This document shows, piece by piece, positions 1 through 12,879 of a stretch of 64,000 nucleotides of DNA. Both the position numbers and the translations under genes were made by a program. Below the pieces are notes generated by a model. The model saw only the letters and a program-made list of their open reading frames with translations, was not told where the DNA came from and searched no databases. How positions within the stretch are numbered: the stretch's first letter is position 1; every line of letters begins with the position of its first letter. The stretch is from Squalus acanthias (Eukaryota), in NCBI GenBank assembly GCA_030390025.1, contig CM059431.1, positions 118,980,001 through 119,044,000 on the forward strand, in the 5' to 3' direction.

Positions 1-208
1 AGCAGCAATGATGACATCATCAGAGGTGACTTTTAGACTGAAAACACTAATTGGTTCATGGGTTCCCACATGCTGGAACTCAATTGCCCAATTAGGTGAA
101 AATCGCATCAATCTCCCACATCCAATTGCAGTCGGGTGGATAACACGAAAAGTGGATAACACGAAAAGAACACGACCCCCAGCCCGCCCGAGTATTAAAA
201 TCCAGCCC
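1..208. mobile_element. Right end of a Harbinger-type element running off the window
   Basis: Ends AAAATCCAGCCC like the 7402-8246 element; contains cccgcc and the palindrome tgatgacatcatca. Confidence 0.6.
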
Positions 209-2624
209 ATGGAGTTGTATGAATGTGTGAGAATATGTCGAGCCAAAAATGTGCTCATTGCTTCACATTAATGATATACTATTATCTGGTCACTTGCTCA
301 ACATAGATCAATCCAATCCCAAATTGCAATTCCTTAAAACGCATAAGGCAGCCATGTTGAATTTTGTGTCTACTTTGCATTATTTTAAATTATTTTCCTG
401 TCCATTTTCCTCTTCCCTTTCATGATGTTGTCATTGTTCTCTTTCTCAATGCCTATTTTTTAAATTATTTGCCTTTCTTGCTGCCTGGTCCCATTCCTGG
501 GGCATGCCTAAAACCCCTAGCACCCCTGCTTTGCCTTCAGTCCCCAGTATTTTTATTATCACCTATTCCCTCAACATTGGCCTTGATTTATTCACAAACT
601 AAAACCTGCGGCTCCATTTTAATTAATTTATCAACTTCAACTCCTTCTCACGCTGAGTCTGAGGTTACGATGTTCTTTATTACCAGAGATGTGAGCCGAT
701 ATTCCTTTAAACTTTAGTCAGGAGATCCAGCGGTCTCTCTCCCTCTTTCAGGTTGGGGAGTGGCAGGGCCATCTTCTAAAAAATGGCTTTCATTCAAGTG
801 GGACAGTTTTGGTTTTTGGCCCCGTGGGAGTAGGGACAAGTGAGGCCAACAATGGACCTGCAGTTACAGCAGCTAGCACATGGAAGTCAGGCATTACAGA
901 GCTATCATTGGTAGTAGAGCTGGGCAATGGGACTGAAGATGTGTTACAGGGACATGCAACTATAACGTGACTAGTTTACATAGGAAAAATCATATTAAAT
1001 ATGAACATAGTAATTGATAATGGGAAAAGGGTGACACAAAAAGTGTTACACAAATGTGAAACAGGAAGTCAAGTGGTGCAAACAGGAAGAGACTGCAGAT
1101 ATAATTTTGTATATATATTATCGATATTTATCTATAATTAAATGTGACAGAGAAGTAAAACACAGGGAATGTGATGTAACAAACAGGAAATGCCTATACA
1201 TATTCCATTTTTATTAGATAGATAGATAGTTGTTCACAGCAGATCTCTCTCCTCCCTTAGCATAACAAAATGGTTCCTTCACCACCAGAGTAAATTAAAG
1301 CAAAAACAACACGCAACAAAAGCAAGACAGCTAATGGAAACACAAATAAAATGGAGCAACAGCAAGAAGAGAGTAAAAACAAAATGCTTGATGATCTAAG
1401 AATGGACTATAAATATAGAATAATTCATTATCTTAAAGTGGATTGTAAATACAGAATAATTCATTATCTAACTGTAAATATGCAATAATTAACGATCTGA
1501 GAGTAGGCATGTCTTAAACTGTGTAATCTGTGATGACTTATATTCATATACATAAATCATCAGCAGCATTCTCCAAAAACTAAAGTTAAAAGGTAATTCC
1601 TGTTTCTATTTCAAAGGAAGAACAAGTGACTTTGTTCTTCTGATTTTTTTAAATTAGATTAAAAGATGCAAAGTATAAATACCAGTCCCTCTGATCTAAC
1701 TTGGTGATTTTGTGTGGCTCATTGGCAACATTGGTGGCAGGTAGGGGTATAAATCGGGCACGTGATTCACTGTCCACTGCAACTTGCAATGTGTGATTAT
1801 GCAATCCTAATTGACATGCAAGATGACATGACTACTAGTGGTGATCGTTCACAACTGCACAACTCATCCATATAAAATGGGTACCTTGGGAATCCTGGGA
1901 CCTGGCCTGCTCAAGCAGGCTTCTTAGAGGTAGCTGACAGGTTGAAAAACAAGTGGTGAGGGTAGAATCTCCGCAGTGGTTTCCTGATCTCCCACCGGAA
2001 TTTCGGCAGAAGATTGATGGGAATCCCTGGAGAAACAGTGTAAAATGGCCTTTGGACACCATTTCTACAGAGTTTCCGCTGAGGTTGTGGCAGGTGTTTG
2101 GAAGAATCACTGTGGAAATTACTGGCATTTATCTTTTTAGCACTTATAATTGCACTTTACTGAAGTTTGCTCTGGGTAGTGTTTGATTTTGCTGGATGAT
2201 CTGCCATTTTTACACTTTCGGGTGTTTCCCTATACTTTCCTTCATTATTCTTGTCTGCTACTATCACTTAACTAGCATAATACTAAGTGTTACGGATGAT
2301 AGTTCTTTTTTTTTCGGGGGGGGGGGGAGTGGCAGAGTTAGAATCATAGGCCGTGATTTCGCCTACCTGGGCGGCTCCAAGGCGGGAGAGGTCGGCGGGG
2401 GGCGGGGGGCGACCCCGCTGCTGTGTGGATCCCATCAATAAATCAAATCTTGCCCGAATGGGCCTTGTTAGGCCTGCCCTGCGCGTTTCCCGTCCCTATT
2501 AATGGGTGCGGGTTTGGTGACGTTACCGGATGACGCGATTATTGCCGGTTTATTTAAAGGGGCCATGGCCCCAGCTACTGTCAGTTATAGCATTCAGTGC
2601 AGTCAGTGTTTGAGTCTCTGCACT

Positions 2625-4517
2625 ATGAGCTTGCAGCGCCAATGAGCAGCACCTCGCTTCACAGATGAGTCCCTCCATCATCTTGTGGAGGGAGTGAGAG
2701 CACATAGGGAGGTTCTCTGCCCTGTGGACGGCAGGAAGAGGCCTCCCCAGCAGACAAAGGCAGTGTGGCTGCAGATATTGCAGGAGGTTACGGGGCTGTC
2801 AGTGGTGGTTCGCACCTGGGTGCAGTGCCGCAAGAGGTTCAATGATCTAGATCAGGAAAAGTGAGTATTAAGCCATAATTACCTTGATGCTGCTGTGCGT
2901 CTCATTACATTCGCACCACTCTACATTGCCACCCCTACTCTTGCACAATGCTACACAGCCCAACATCCCTTGTACCTCCATCCATCCCTCTAATTCTATC
3001 TATATTATCAGGTCACCAACTTACTATGCAGCCCTCACACTGAGCCTCATCGTTATGCAATGACAGCAACTAACAACACAAAAGGAGGCAACTTGGTATT
3101 GCCAACCCAGTCCATCAAATTGTCAGTTTAAAGCTCTATGCTATTCCATTCCTTACACTCATACCATCACTCTCACTGAACCTTCTCTTCTTTCCCTCCT
3201 TGCAGGAAAAGATAGCCCACAATAAGAGGGAGAGGGAGAGAACGGGAGGAGGGACTCCACCAACCATTTCATATCTGGCGAGTGCAGAGGAGGCAGCACT
3301 GGAGATTGCTGGAGTGGTGGACGTTCTGGAAGTGGGGGACAGAGAGAGGGGCTCAGTAGAAGAAGCTGGTGACAGAATTAATTTCTATACAATTGCAATG
3401 CCTTTCATCATTGCCTCATATGGGGTGTGATGTTAAGACAAGTTGAATGCTCATCATGTGGGTAATGGTATGTGTCTGCAGTAGACATCCTGTATATCTA
3501 ACTGATGTCTTCACTCTCCCACAGCTCCATCAAGAGCGCGCTCCAATGTCCAGGAGCAAAAGCAAGACTCCTCAGAGGAGCCTCCTGCCTCTGAGGGTGC
3601 AGCATCACCTCAGACAACGCAACCCAGCACCAGCGCAGAGTCGCACACCTCGGTGGGTATGTCGCGAGATAGTGTTGTCACCTGGTGTCTCACAGATCAC
3701 AACTGAGCAGCAGCAGATGGTGGAGACATTGACAGCAGTGGAGACTCCTCATCGGTGGGCACAGGAGTCTCCTAGCTCTGCTCAGCTGCATGCAGATGCT
3801 GAGCCTTGGGGGCCATCCAGGAAGAGGGCAATCCTGGAGCTGCAGGAACAAGTTTTGCGACTGTGGTGATTGTGAGTGTGCAGAGAATGGAGGAGTCCAT
3901 CTCCAGCATGAGCAACACCGTGGCGCACTCACTGGCAACTATAGCTTCCTCCATGGCCACCTGCATGGAGGAGACACGGCGCCAATCGCATGAGAACCTG
4001 GTTTCTCTTCAAAATAGATGCTCATCTATGCAGGAGAGATGGGGAAAAATGGAGGAGAGATGGGCATCTATGGAGGAGAGAAACCAGAGGCTCATTGACG
4101 TCCTTTGTAGGAGGGATGTCAGTATAGAGGTGGGCCCTCATGGCCCCACTGAAGTGTAGCAAGGTGCTCTCCAGCTACTTGCTAGCAGGGAAGTGCTGGT
4201 GGCCCATGAGAGGGATGATGGTGGGAGGGGACATGGAAGTGGGGGCTCAACTCCAAACGCTCTGACTTCCACCCCCTTGCCAACCCCTCGGTCAGAGCCC
4301 CAGATGCCTCCCAGTGATGGCCGAGTCTACACATGCACATTCGCAGGAGGAGTAGACTTTGGTGGAGCCATCAGTGGCTACAAAACCCAGAGGACGACTG
4401 CCAAAGGCGTCTAAGCAGGCACAACATGGAGATGAAGAGGCTGCCTCTACCTCTGCTGAAGCCACAGGGGTAGCACGACGTAGAAGCACCCGGAAAAGAA
4501 AGATCCCACACAAATAG
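2625..4517 (+). pseudogene. Harbinger Myb/SANT-like DNA-binding gene (3 exons: ~2625-2860, 3206-3368, 3525-4517), decayed
   Basis: Exon 1 gives AAPRFTDESLHHLVEGVRAHREVL...WLQI...RTWVQCRKRFNDL then gtgagt. Exon 2 gives EKIAHNKRERERTGGG after ttgcag. Basic C-terminus RRSTRKRKIPHK*; AATAAA at ~4587; TGA at 2643. Confidence 0.85.
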
Positions 4518-4803
4518 TCACAAGGGTAGTCACTCGGGTGTGTCTTTCTTTAACAATGTCATGTTAGTATTCTATGAAGTGCTGTTAATAAATTATGTAA
4601 TTGTCACACTTGGAGGTCGTTGGCAAATTTGTGTGATGAAATGGAAGTGGCAGAGTGAAGGGTCAGGACTCATTTCACACCCAGCAATGGTGGTGAGAGT
4701 CAAAACAAGGGATGAATCATTGTTTGACTGCTGCATGGTGTTGGTGTTGGGTGATGCAAACCTGAGTACGTGGGTGGCAGCCACATGTATGAGCTGCATC
4801 AAG

Positions 4804-6062
4804 CTATTGTAATCTGCCATTGTTAAGGGTATCCCTGGCGTGATGGGCTGCATCGTGCTCACGTACTGGTCGCAATGGGACTGCCGGCTCGTCCAGGTGT
4901 TCCTCATCCTCGTCACCAACCTCATGGTGAGCCCCTCATCCTCTTCCTCCTCATCCTCCGATGAGGCCCTGTGCTCAATGCCGTCTTCCTCATCCAGTAC
5001 TAATCCTCGCTGCTGTCCTATGTTGTGCAGGGTGCAGAAGATGACGACTATTCACGAGACCCTAGCTGGTGCATACTGAAGGGCTCCTCCAGGTCTGTCG
5101 AGGCATCTGAAGCACATTTTGAGCAAGCCTATTGTCCGCTCGATGACACTTCTCGTGGAGATGTGTCTTTGATTAGAACGTCCCTCAGGCTCATTTGTTG
5201 GTCTCCTCAAAGGTGTCCTGAGCCATGTCTTCAGAGGATAGCCCTTGTCTCCAAGCTGCCAGCCGGCAAGACTGTTTGGCGGTGTGAAGAGCTGAAGGAT
5301 GGTGGAATGGTGCAGGATATACGAGTCATGGCAGCCGCCAGAGAACTTGGTGCACACATGGATGATAATCTTCTTATGGTTGTAGACCAGCTGAACGTTG
5401 AGGGAGTGGAAGCCCTTGCGGTTAACAAATGCTACTGGGTTGTGATGGGGTGCTCTGATGGCCACATGTGTGCAGTCGATGACTCCCTGCACCCGTGGGA
5501 AGCCAGCTAGAGTGGCAAAGCCGAGCGCACGCTCATTGACACTGGCTTCATCAGTGGCAAAATGAATATAACTTGCGGACTTGTTAAAGAGGGCATCGGT
5601 TACCTGTGCGATGCATCTGTGTGCGGCCGACTGCGAGATGCCGCAATGGTCTGCTGCAGATGCCTGGAAGGAGCCTGAGGCGAAGAAGTTGAGGGCAAGG
5701 GTGACTTTGACAGCCACTGGTAAGGAGTGTCCACCCCTTCCTCTGGGCTGCAGGTCTTGCTCCGGTAAAGCGCAAATGTCGGCGACAACCTGGCGCGATA
5801 GCCTGAGCCTCCTTTGGCACTGCTGCTCCGTCATGTTGAGGAAGCTCATCCTCTGCCTGTATACCCTGTGTTGGGGGTATGATCTCTGACACGGTGCAGC
5901 CCTGCGCTGATGCCCTCTGCCCTGTGCAGCATCAGGTGGTTGAGGAGAAGGTTGGCGCTCTTGTTGTTGCTGCTGGTGGTGGTGTGGATGGTTCTGCTGC
6001 TGCTGCGGCTGATCGTCATCAGATTCAGAGTACCAAGGTGAGAGAGCATAAATCATGCCCAT
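4804..6062 (-). pseudogene. Harbinger (HARBI1-like) DDE transposase with one premature stop and one late frameshift
   Basis: Motifs [66 protein letters not shown]. In-frame TGA at 5052-5054 reads on into IVVIFCTLHNI and an acidic tail; a frameshift near 4927 leads to ARDTLNNGRLQ*. Confidence 0.9.
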
Positions 6063-6459
6063 TCTGATGATTCATATGGCAGGTGAAGTTCAGATGACAG
6101 AAGCAATCTATCAAGGGTGAGATATGATGTTGCAAGGAGGTGACAGTAAATAGAGAGTTTACTGCAAACACGTCCCAAATGCATAAAGCTTAAAAATCTG
6201 TTCCAAATACTCAAGCCTGAAGCTTCTGAGAGTGGAAAGTGACCAGCTGTAAAATGGTAGGTTTTAAACCACTTTTGCAGCTGTCACCTAGTGAAAGAAA
6301 TGGAGAGTTGTTCAGAACCCGACATACTTACCTGGCGTGATCCCCAAGCGACGGGAACCTCGTGGAAAACTTGGGAAATTCCTTTGTGCCTGCTAAAATG
6401 GTGAGTAAATTGGTTTAAACACCCTCTCAACTAGCACAATTGAATGACCCGCCACTTAG

Positions 6460-6678
6460 AACATAAGAACATAAGAAATAGGAGCAGGAGTAGGCCATTC
6501 GGCCCCTCGAGTTTGCCCCGCCATTCAATAAGATCATGGCTGGTCTGATCTTGGCCTCAACTCCACTTTCCCGCCCGCTCCCCATAACTCCCCTGTAGCT
6601 CAAATATATGTCTGTCTCCGCCTTGAATATATTCAATGACTCCGCCTCCACAGCTCTCTGGGGTAGAGAATTCTACCC
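6460..6678 (-). mobile_element. Short CR1 3'-end fragment nested in the Harbinger
   Basis: Tail acataagaacataagaa plus CR1 3'UTR and ORF2 end (MEAESLNIFKAE); CTTAG on both sides; absent from the homologous Harbinger end at 50384. Confidence 0.8.
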
Positions 6679-6838
6679 TTAGTGCCGTGTCTGCAAAGCG
6701 CAGGCAGAAACGGCACTAGGGAAACTCACAAGGAGGCGGGTTTAGAGTGGGATACCGCCCCGTTGTCAATCATTTGGATTTTGACAGTGGACCCGCCTTT
6801 GAACCTATCCTCTGAGCGCCGGCAAAATTCAGCCCATA

Positions 6839-9150
6839 GAATCATACAATCATAGAGTGATACAGCACAGAAGGAGGCCATTCTGCCCATCGTGCCTGTG
6901 CCAGCTCTTTGGTAGAGCTATCCAATTAATCCCACTCCCCTGCTCTTTTGTCATAGCCTGTCATTTTTTTCCCTTCAATTCCCTTTTGAATCTGCTTCCA
7001 CCACCCTTTCAGGCAGTGCATGCCAGATCACAACAACTCGCTGTGTAAAAAAAAAAAATGTTTCCTCATGCCACTTCTGGTTCTTTTGCCAATCACCTTA
7101 AATCTGTGTCCTCTGGTTACCAACCCTTCTGCCACTGGAAACAGTTTCTCCTTATTTACTCTAGCAAAACCCCTCTTAGCCTTCTCTGCTCCAAGGAAAA
7201 CAACCCCAGCTTCTCCAGTCTCTCTACTTAACAGAAGCCCCTCATCCCCAGTACCATTCTAGTAAATCTCTTCTGCACCCTCTCTAAGGACTTGACATCC
7301 TTCCTAAAGTGTGGTGGCCAGAATTGAACACAATACTCCAGCTGAGGCCTAAACAGTGTTTTATAAAGGTTTAGCATAACTTCCTTGCTTTTGTACTCTC
7401 AGGGCTGGATTTTGTGAATGGAGACGTGCTGGAGGCGGGACTGCTGCTTGTCGGGTCTCAGTCCCGCCTCCATCATGTTCTGGCCAACCAGCGGGATTTT
7501 CCCCTGATTGACCTTGTTAAGCCCGCCCTGCGGGCTCAGCAGGCCAATTAGGAGAAAGTCACTGACAGTGCACAGCAACGTCTGGCGTGCCATCTGTCAA
7601 GACTTCTTGAAAGAAGAAATGTCAGCATTTGACAGCTCTGTGAAGCTGTCAAACACTGACATTCTGTGTAGTTTGATGAGTACTTGTGTTCAGGACTCAT
7701 CAAACCTTTCAACTTTGTAGAAAGCAGATGACTGTTGGTTCAGAGGATCCAACAGCCAGTCTGTGAATTCTACAATGAAGATGTTGGGACTCCGGAACCA
7801 CCGCGGCTGAAGGCTGTAGGCAGAAACAAAGGTAAGTGAACATTTTCTAACACTTACCACTCACCTCACATACTTACCACTCCACACTTGCACCCATCAC
7901 TCACCTCTATATCTCACTTTCAGGCCCCTCCGACCCCCGCAGACCTCCTACTCGACTCCTCCAACCCGGCGGGGTTCTCCGAGGTCGGGAAGCCTTCACC
8001 TGAAAAGGTAAAATGGGACTAATCCTTTTTTCTGCCTGTTAACTACCCGTTAACAGGCAGTTAAAAGGATTGAATCCCTTTCCCGCCTCGAGGAGATGGG
8101 ACCCGGGGCAGGACGGCTTCCTGCCTCCTGGCAAAAGGGCACGGAGGCAGGATGGGGGCGGGTTTGCCATCCGCCCCCACTTTCTGCAACTTTACCGGCA
8201 GTCCCGCCTCCATGCCCGCCTCCTCGGGGCTGACAAAATCCAGCCCTATGCCTCTCTTAATAAAGCCAAGTATCCCATATGCTTTTTTAACAGCCTTCTC
8301 AACTTATCCTGCCACCTTCAAAGATTTGTGTAGCTATACCTCAGGTCTCTATATTCCTGCGCCCCTATTAAAATTGTACCATTTAATTCATATACCTTTA
8401 CTCATTCTTCCTACCAAAATGTATCACTTCAAACTTCTCGGAGTTAAATTTCATCTGCCATGTGTCTGCCCATTTCACCAGTCTGTCTATGTCCTCCTGA
8501 ACTCTGTTGCTAACCTCCTCACTGTTTACTACATTTCCGGTTTTTGTTTCATCTGCAAACTTTGAAATTATGCCCTGTATACCCACGACCATCCCATTAA
8601 CATATAATCAAAAAGAGCAGTGGTCCTAATATCGAACACCTGAGGAACACCACTGTAAACCTCCCTCCCGTCTGAAAAACAACCGTTCACCACTACTCTC
8701 TGCTTTCTGTCCCTTAACCAATTTTGCATCCATGCTGCCACTGTCCCTTTAATCCCGTGGCCTTTAATTTTGCTAACAAATCTATTCTGTGGTACATTAC
8801 CAAATGCCTTTTGAAAGTTCATATACACAACATCAACTGCACTATCCTCATCAACCCTTTCCGTTACTTCATCACAGAATTCAATCAAGTTAGTCAAACA
8901 CTATTTGCCTTTAACAAATCCATGCTGACTTTCATTTATTAGCCCATACTTTTCCAAATGCCAATTAATTTTGTTGCAGATTATTGACTCGAAAAGTTTC
9001 CCCACTACCGATGCTAGGCTAACTGGCCTGTAGTTGCCGGTTTATCCCTTTTTTAAATAGGGTTGCAACATTTGCAATCCTCCAATCCTCTGGCACCACC
9101 CCCATATAAAGAAGGATTAGAAGGTTGTGGCCAGAGCCTCTTACAATTTC
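6839..9150 (-). mobile_element. CR1 LINE, 5'-truncated, interrupted by a non-autonomous Harbinger
   Basis: RT fragments TNLIEFCDEVT..VDVVYMNFQKAF, SGVPQ, ISKFADETK; CR1 3' tail at 6839. Confidence 0.88.
7402..8246. mobile_element. Non-autonomous Harbinger-type element
   Basis: Perfect 14-bp TIR GGGCTGGATTTTGT/ACAAAATCCAGCCC; splits the CR1 sequence tgtactc|tatgcc; TSD not clean. Confidence 0.82.
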
Positions 9151-10100
9151 TACCCTTACTTCCCTCAGTAACCTAGGATGCATCCATCCGGACCAAAGCG
9201 TTGCATGGTTCAGATGAGGAAAAGTTTATGAGGGGACAAGAAATGCAAGAATAATGACAACTGAGGCATATATCCATTGGCTTCCCGGGACCTGTGTTTA
9301 TCACCCGCATCACATCAATCGATATGCCAGAGGATTCCTGTCTTTGCCACCTCCATTTTGGAAGACAGGCTGTCATGGAATTGTATCATCTTCTGCAGAC
9401 AACATCTGGGCAGCTACAAGATGAAGCTTTCATGCTATTGGATCCTTCCAAACTACTGCGAGAGACACATGCCAGATATAGCAGTCTGTCGTGCATATTT
9501 GTATCAACCAAGTGACAAATGCTATGTTTGCAAGGGGCACCACTTTCATCACTTTCTCCATGGAAAAGAAGCATTTAATCGACAGGGTGCAGAACATTCA
9601 CTGGGTGGCAGAGCTCCCTTGAGTGTAAGGTGACAACGGTGGACCACATGTAGGCACCAGGGTTCTTCATATCAACCCCAGAGCTTAAATAAACAGAAAG
9701 AGTTTGCATTCAATTCACGTTCAGGTGGTACTTCAAAACAAAACATCATTATTCATGATAATGGCCATTATCCAGGAAACAGCCATTGTGCCTTCACTAT
9801 GCAGCAGTCCAGAGTGGCCGTATATTCTGAAGGAGAAGAAACACTGAATGGATGGCTCTCGGGAGGCCAGCCCTAATCTCGACATAAATGGGTGCTGACC
9901 CCATTCAGAAGCCCTCCAACAGCAGAGCATCTTGGGCTGGAAGCCTGAACATCTGTTCGTTATTCACTGGCCATCACCTCCACACGTAAGAACAATGTGC
10001 ATGTAGCTTTGGTACAATGTAAGAGTATGTGTAAAAAGATAATGGTTGTGCACAATGCTTTAAATGGTCCCTCCCAGAAAGTGCGGGAGTTCCTAACTTA

Positions 10101-10490
10101 ACAACAACAACTTGTATTCATAGCGTGCCTTTAACCTAGTAAAGCGTCCCAAGGCGCTTCACAGGAGCGATTATCAAACAAACTTTGACACCAAGCCACA
10201 TAAGGAGATATTAGGTCAGGTGACCAATAGCTTGGTCAAAGAGGTAGGTTTTAAGGAGCGGCTTAATGAGGAGAGAGAGGTAGAAAGGCGGAAAGGTTTA
10301 GGGAGGGAGTTCCAGAAATTAAGGCCTAGGCAGCTGAAGGTACGGCCATCAATTGTGCAAGAGGCCAGAATTGGAGGAGCGCAAAGATCTCGGGGGGGGG
10401 GGGGCGTGGTTGTAGGCCTGGAAGAGGTTACAGAGATAGGAAGGGGCGAGGCCATGGAGGGATTTGAAAATAAGGATGAGAATTTTAAAA
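10101..10490 (-). mobile_element. L2 LINE 3' fragment
   Basis: (CAA)n tail on plus; reverse complement matches the 3' end of the L2 at 14440-14854. Confidence 0.8.
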
Positions 10491-10775
10491 TCTTCAGCGT
10501 CAAAATCTCCACTATGCCACTGTGAACAATCAGTCCACCTTTCTGTTACAATGCTGAGTTCTTAAGAGCCTCACTGGATTTTATGTTCACTAGCCGTCTG
10601 CTGCAGAGCAAAACCGGTAGTTTCACTTTGAACTTTTCCATTTCAGTTTGTTACTTTGTAAATTATTCCACACCATCATTCACAAGTCTATAAACATTTT
10701 ATGCATTTGGAGCCAAGTCCTCTAATTAGTGGACACAGCATTGCACAATGCACCATTTCCTCCCAGGCAGTCGAA

Positions 10776-10935
10776 AAGAAGGAACTTTCAAGTATATAGT
10801 GCCTTTCACTACCCAAAGTGCTTTGCAGCTAATGAAGTACTTTTTGAAGTGTAGTCACTGTTGCAATATAGAGAAATATGTCAGCCAGTTTGTGCACAGC
10901 AATGTCCCACAAACAGCAATAAGATAATGACCAGG
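10776..10935 (-). mobile_element. SINE 3' fragment (same family as 48243-48706)
   Basis: aatgaagtacttttgaagtgtagtcactgttg...cccacaaacagcaa is shared with the longer copies. Confidence 0.7.
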
Positions 10936-12879
10936 AAAGGAGGAAAGAAAAGATGAAAAAAGATTTTAAAAATAGATTTGTTGCAGTGAACTGTGTAGTA
11001 CACATTCATGGGTTCTGCAGGCATCCATTAATTGCTATAAACAAGTACATGGATTTTTCATGTGTACATGGAGTGCTTCAATGAGATCTAGTCATCTAGT
11101 TATTAGAGACTGATTGTAACGCTGTGTTTTTTCAAATATATTAGGCTGATGGAGGCCACTGTTGCTGAGTTGCTGATTGCAGCCTTTTTTAAAATGCATC
11201 CACGCATAGATTAACATAAAGAATCCTCCCATGTGTAACTGCGTGTACAATGAACACATGACAGCATCCAACATCTGGCTGGAGCATATGATAAACCCAC
11301 ATCACAGTCAGCTCACAGCATTTCTTTGCTTCAACAGCTTGATGTCTCATATGACAAACATAATGCAGTGACTCCAATGTCTAATTAAGGCACTTTTTTT
11401 TTAGTCTTGATTTTCTAACAACATACTGCTTGGAGCATGTGGGAGTAAGTGTATTTTTGTCACAGAATGTGTACTAAATGCAGACAATTACTACTTCTTG
11501 CTTCATTTACCTCCAAAACTTTGTGATTTTTGTGGCACATACTAAACAAGGCTTTTTTTTCTGTTATCATCTTGTACGCTATTGCCCCTTTCCTAACACT
11601 ACCATGACAGACTTGCCTTTCCTCTAATTGACTACTTAACATTACTGGGAAAGTTATTCACTGATTGCTGCACTTACTTACGAATAAAAGGGTGCCAATA
11701 AGAGATATTAGTCAAGCGACTTAATAAGTAACAACTTTCTAGCCCATTAAAGGAAGTGCATTTATCACAACTCACTATGTTGGCTAACACCTCTCACCCA
11801 AAAGGAAACGTTTCCCTTCCTTTCATCCTCACCCCACAATATTAACTCATCTTTTGAAGGCAAGGCAAGTTGCTCAGAAGATAATGAAAAAGACCTGGAA
11901 TTAAGCAAAATGAAAGCCAATACATTAATTAATTTAAAAAAAAAAAAATTCTCAAAAGAAAGCCAGCCAGTAAAATGTTCTCGGTTTGTCACCAGTTTGG
12001 TTTTGAAGTGGACAGCCAAGATGTCTAGAATTTTTTGAACTGGACACAAAGGGCAGGATGTTCTTTTGATTTATTGCCCATTCTGTAGGTGGATTTGGGA
12101 GCAACAAAAGAGGAAAATCAGCAGGGAAGCCTACTGCATAATCTCCACCTGCAAAACAGTCCACTGCAATTTCCCTCCTGCTGCATTCAGAAAGAGCCCT
12201 GTTGAATTTCCCACCCCTAACTCCGCTGGCCTGCTTCTGAATAGCAACTTTTTTTACATAAGTGGTGTTACTGGTTGTTAGGCAGCAGTACCCATGTGGA
12301 AATACTATTAAAGGCCATTAGACTCAAAGGATTTTTTGTCTGTTCAAAGGTTTTGTGGAATAGTTGGTTTTTTGTTGCTTTTTGCACCTCTACCTACGCA
12401 ATATTTCCAGTATTCCACCTGGGGTTCCATTATTTCACTTTTTGCCTTTGCAGCCATTTCCCACCCCTTTTCATGGCCATTACACTTTACCTAAGTTATG
12501 AAGATGACTAAGTACAAGGTGACCAAGGCCAACAGGCTTGCTCAAGGACCAGCATGAATAGGACAAACCTTTGCTAGATGACAGACAGATGTGGACAAAG
12601 CCCATGGGGGTTTATCTTCAGCTAAACCATTACTGTGCTCACTGCTACTTCAGTCCAGCCTTCATGGTTCTTTTTGAATATTCGCCCAATTATTTATATG
12701 CTGACTGTCATGTTTGAGAATTTATTTTTGACCATTTTTCCACAGAACGGTTTTGGAAGAAGAGTTACTTTTAACATTATGATTTAAAAAGATAAGTCCT
12801 GAAATTTCAGGGGTGGCAGTCCTGGTGATTGTACTGGATTTGCACATGACTGCACTTCAACACTGATCCCTGACGGATT

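Larger units (their letters stand above)
2349..6835. mobile_element. PIF/Harbinger DNA transposon, near full length (convergent Myb/SANT gene and DDE transposase)
   Basis: Imperfect TIRs GGCCGTGATTTCGCC / GGCAAAATTCAGCCC; ATA on both sides (2346-2348, 6836-6838); both Harbinger genes present; inserted into the (CATAGAAT)n tail of a CR1. Confidence 0.9.

Noticed and set aside
1030..1500. CRISPR-like or meaningful spaced repeats (aacaggaa; agaataattcattatct)
   Set aside because: Only 2-3 degenerate copies, vertebrate context, no cas genes; ordinary short tandem duplications.
5052..6062. Domesticated host HARBI1 or NAIF1-type genes
   Set aside because: The ORFs lie within TIRs and a TSD, carry stops and frameshifts, and have decayed relatives in the same window.
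6324..6345. U1 snRNA gene (ATACTTACCTGG)
   Set aside because: The match stops after about 13 nt; it is better explained as the reverse complement of a consensus splice donor in the Harbinger.
12051..12530. Additional old MITEs (also ~1740-2200 and ~49300-49930)
   Set aside because: Harbinger-like flavour, but ends and TSDs could not be defined.
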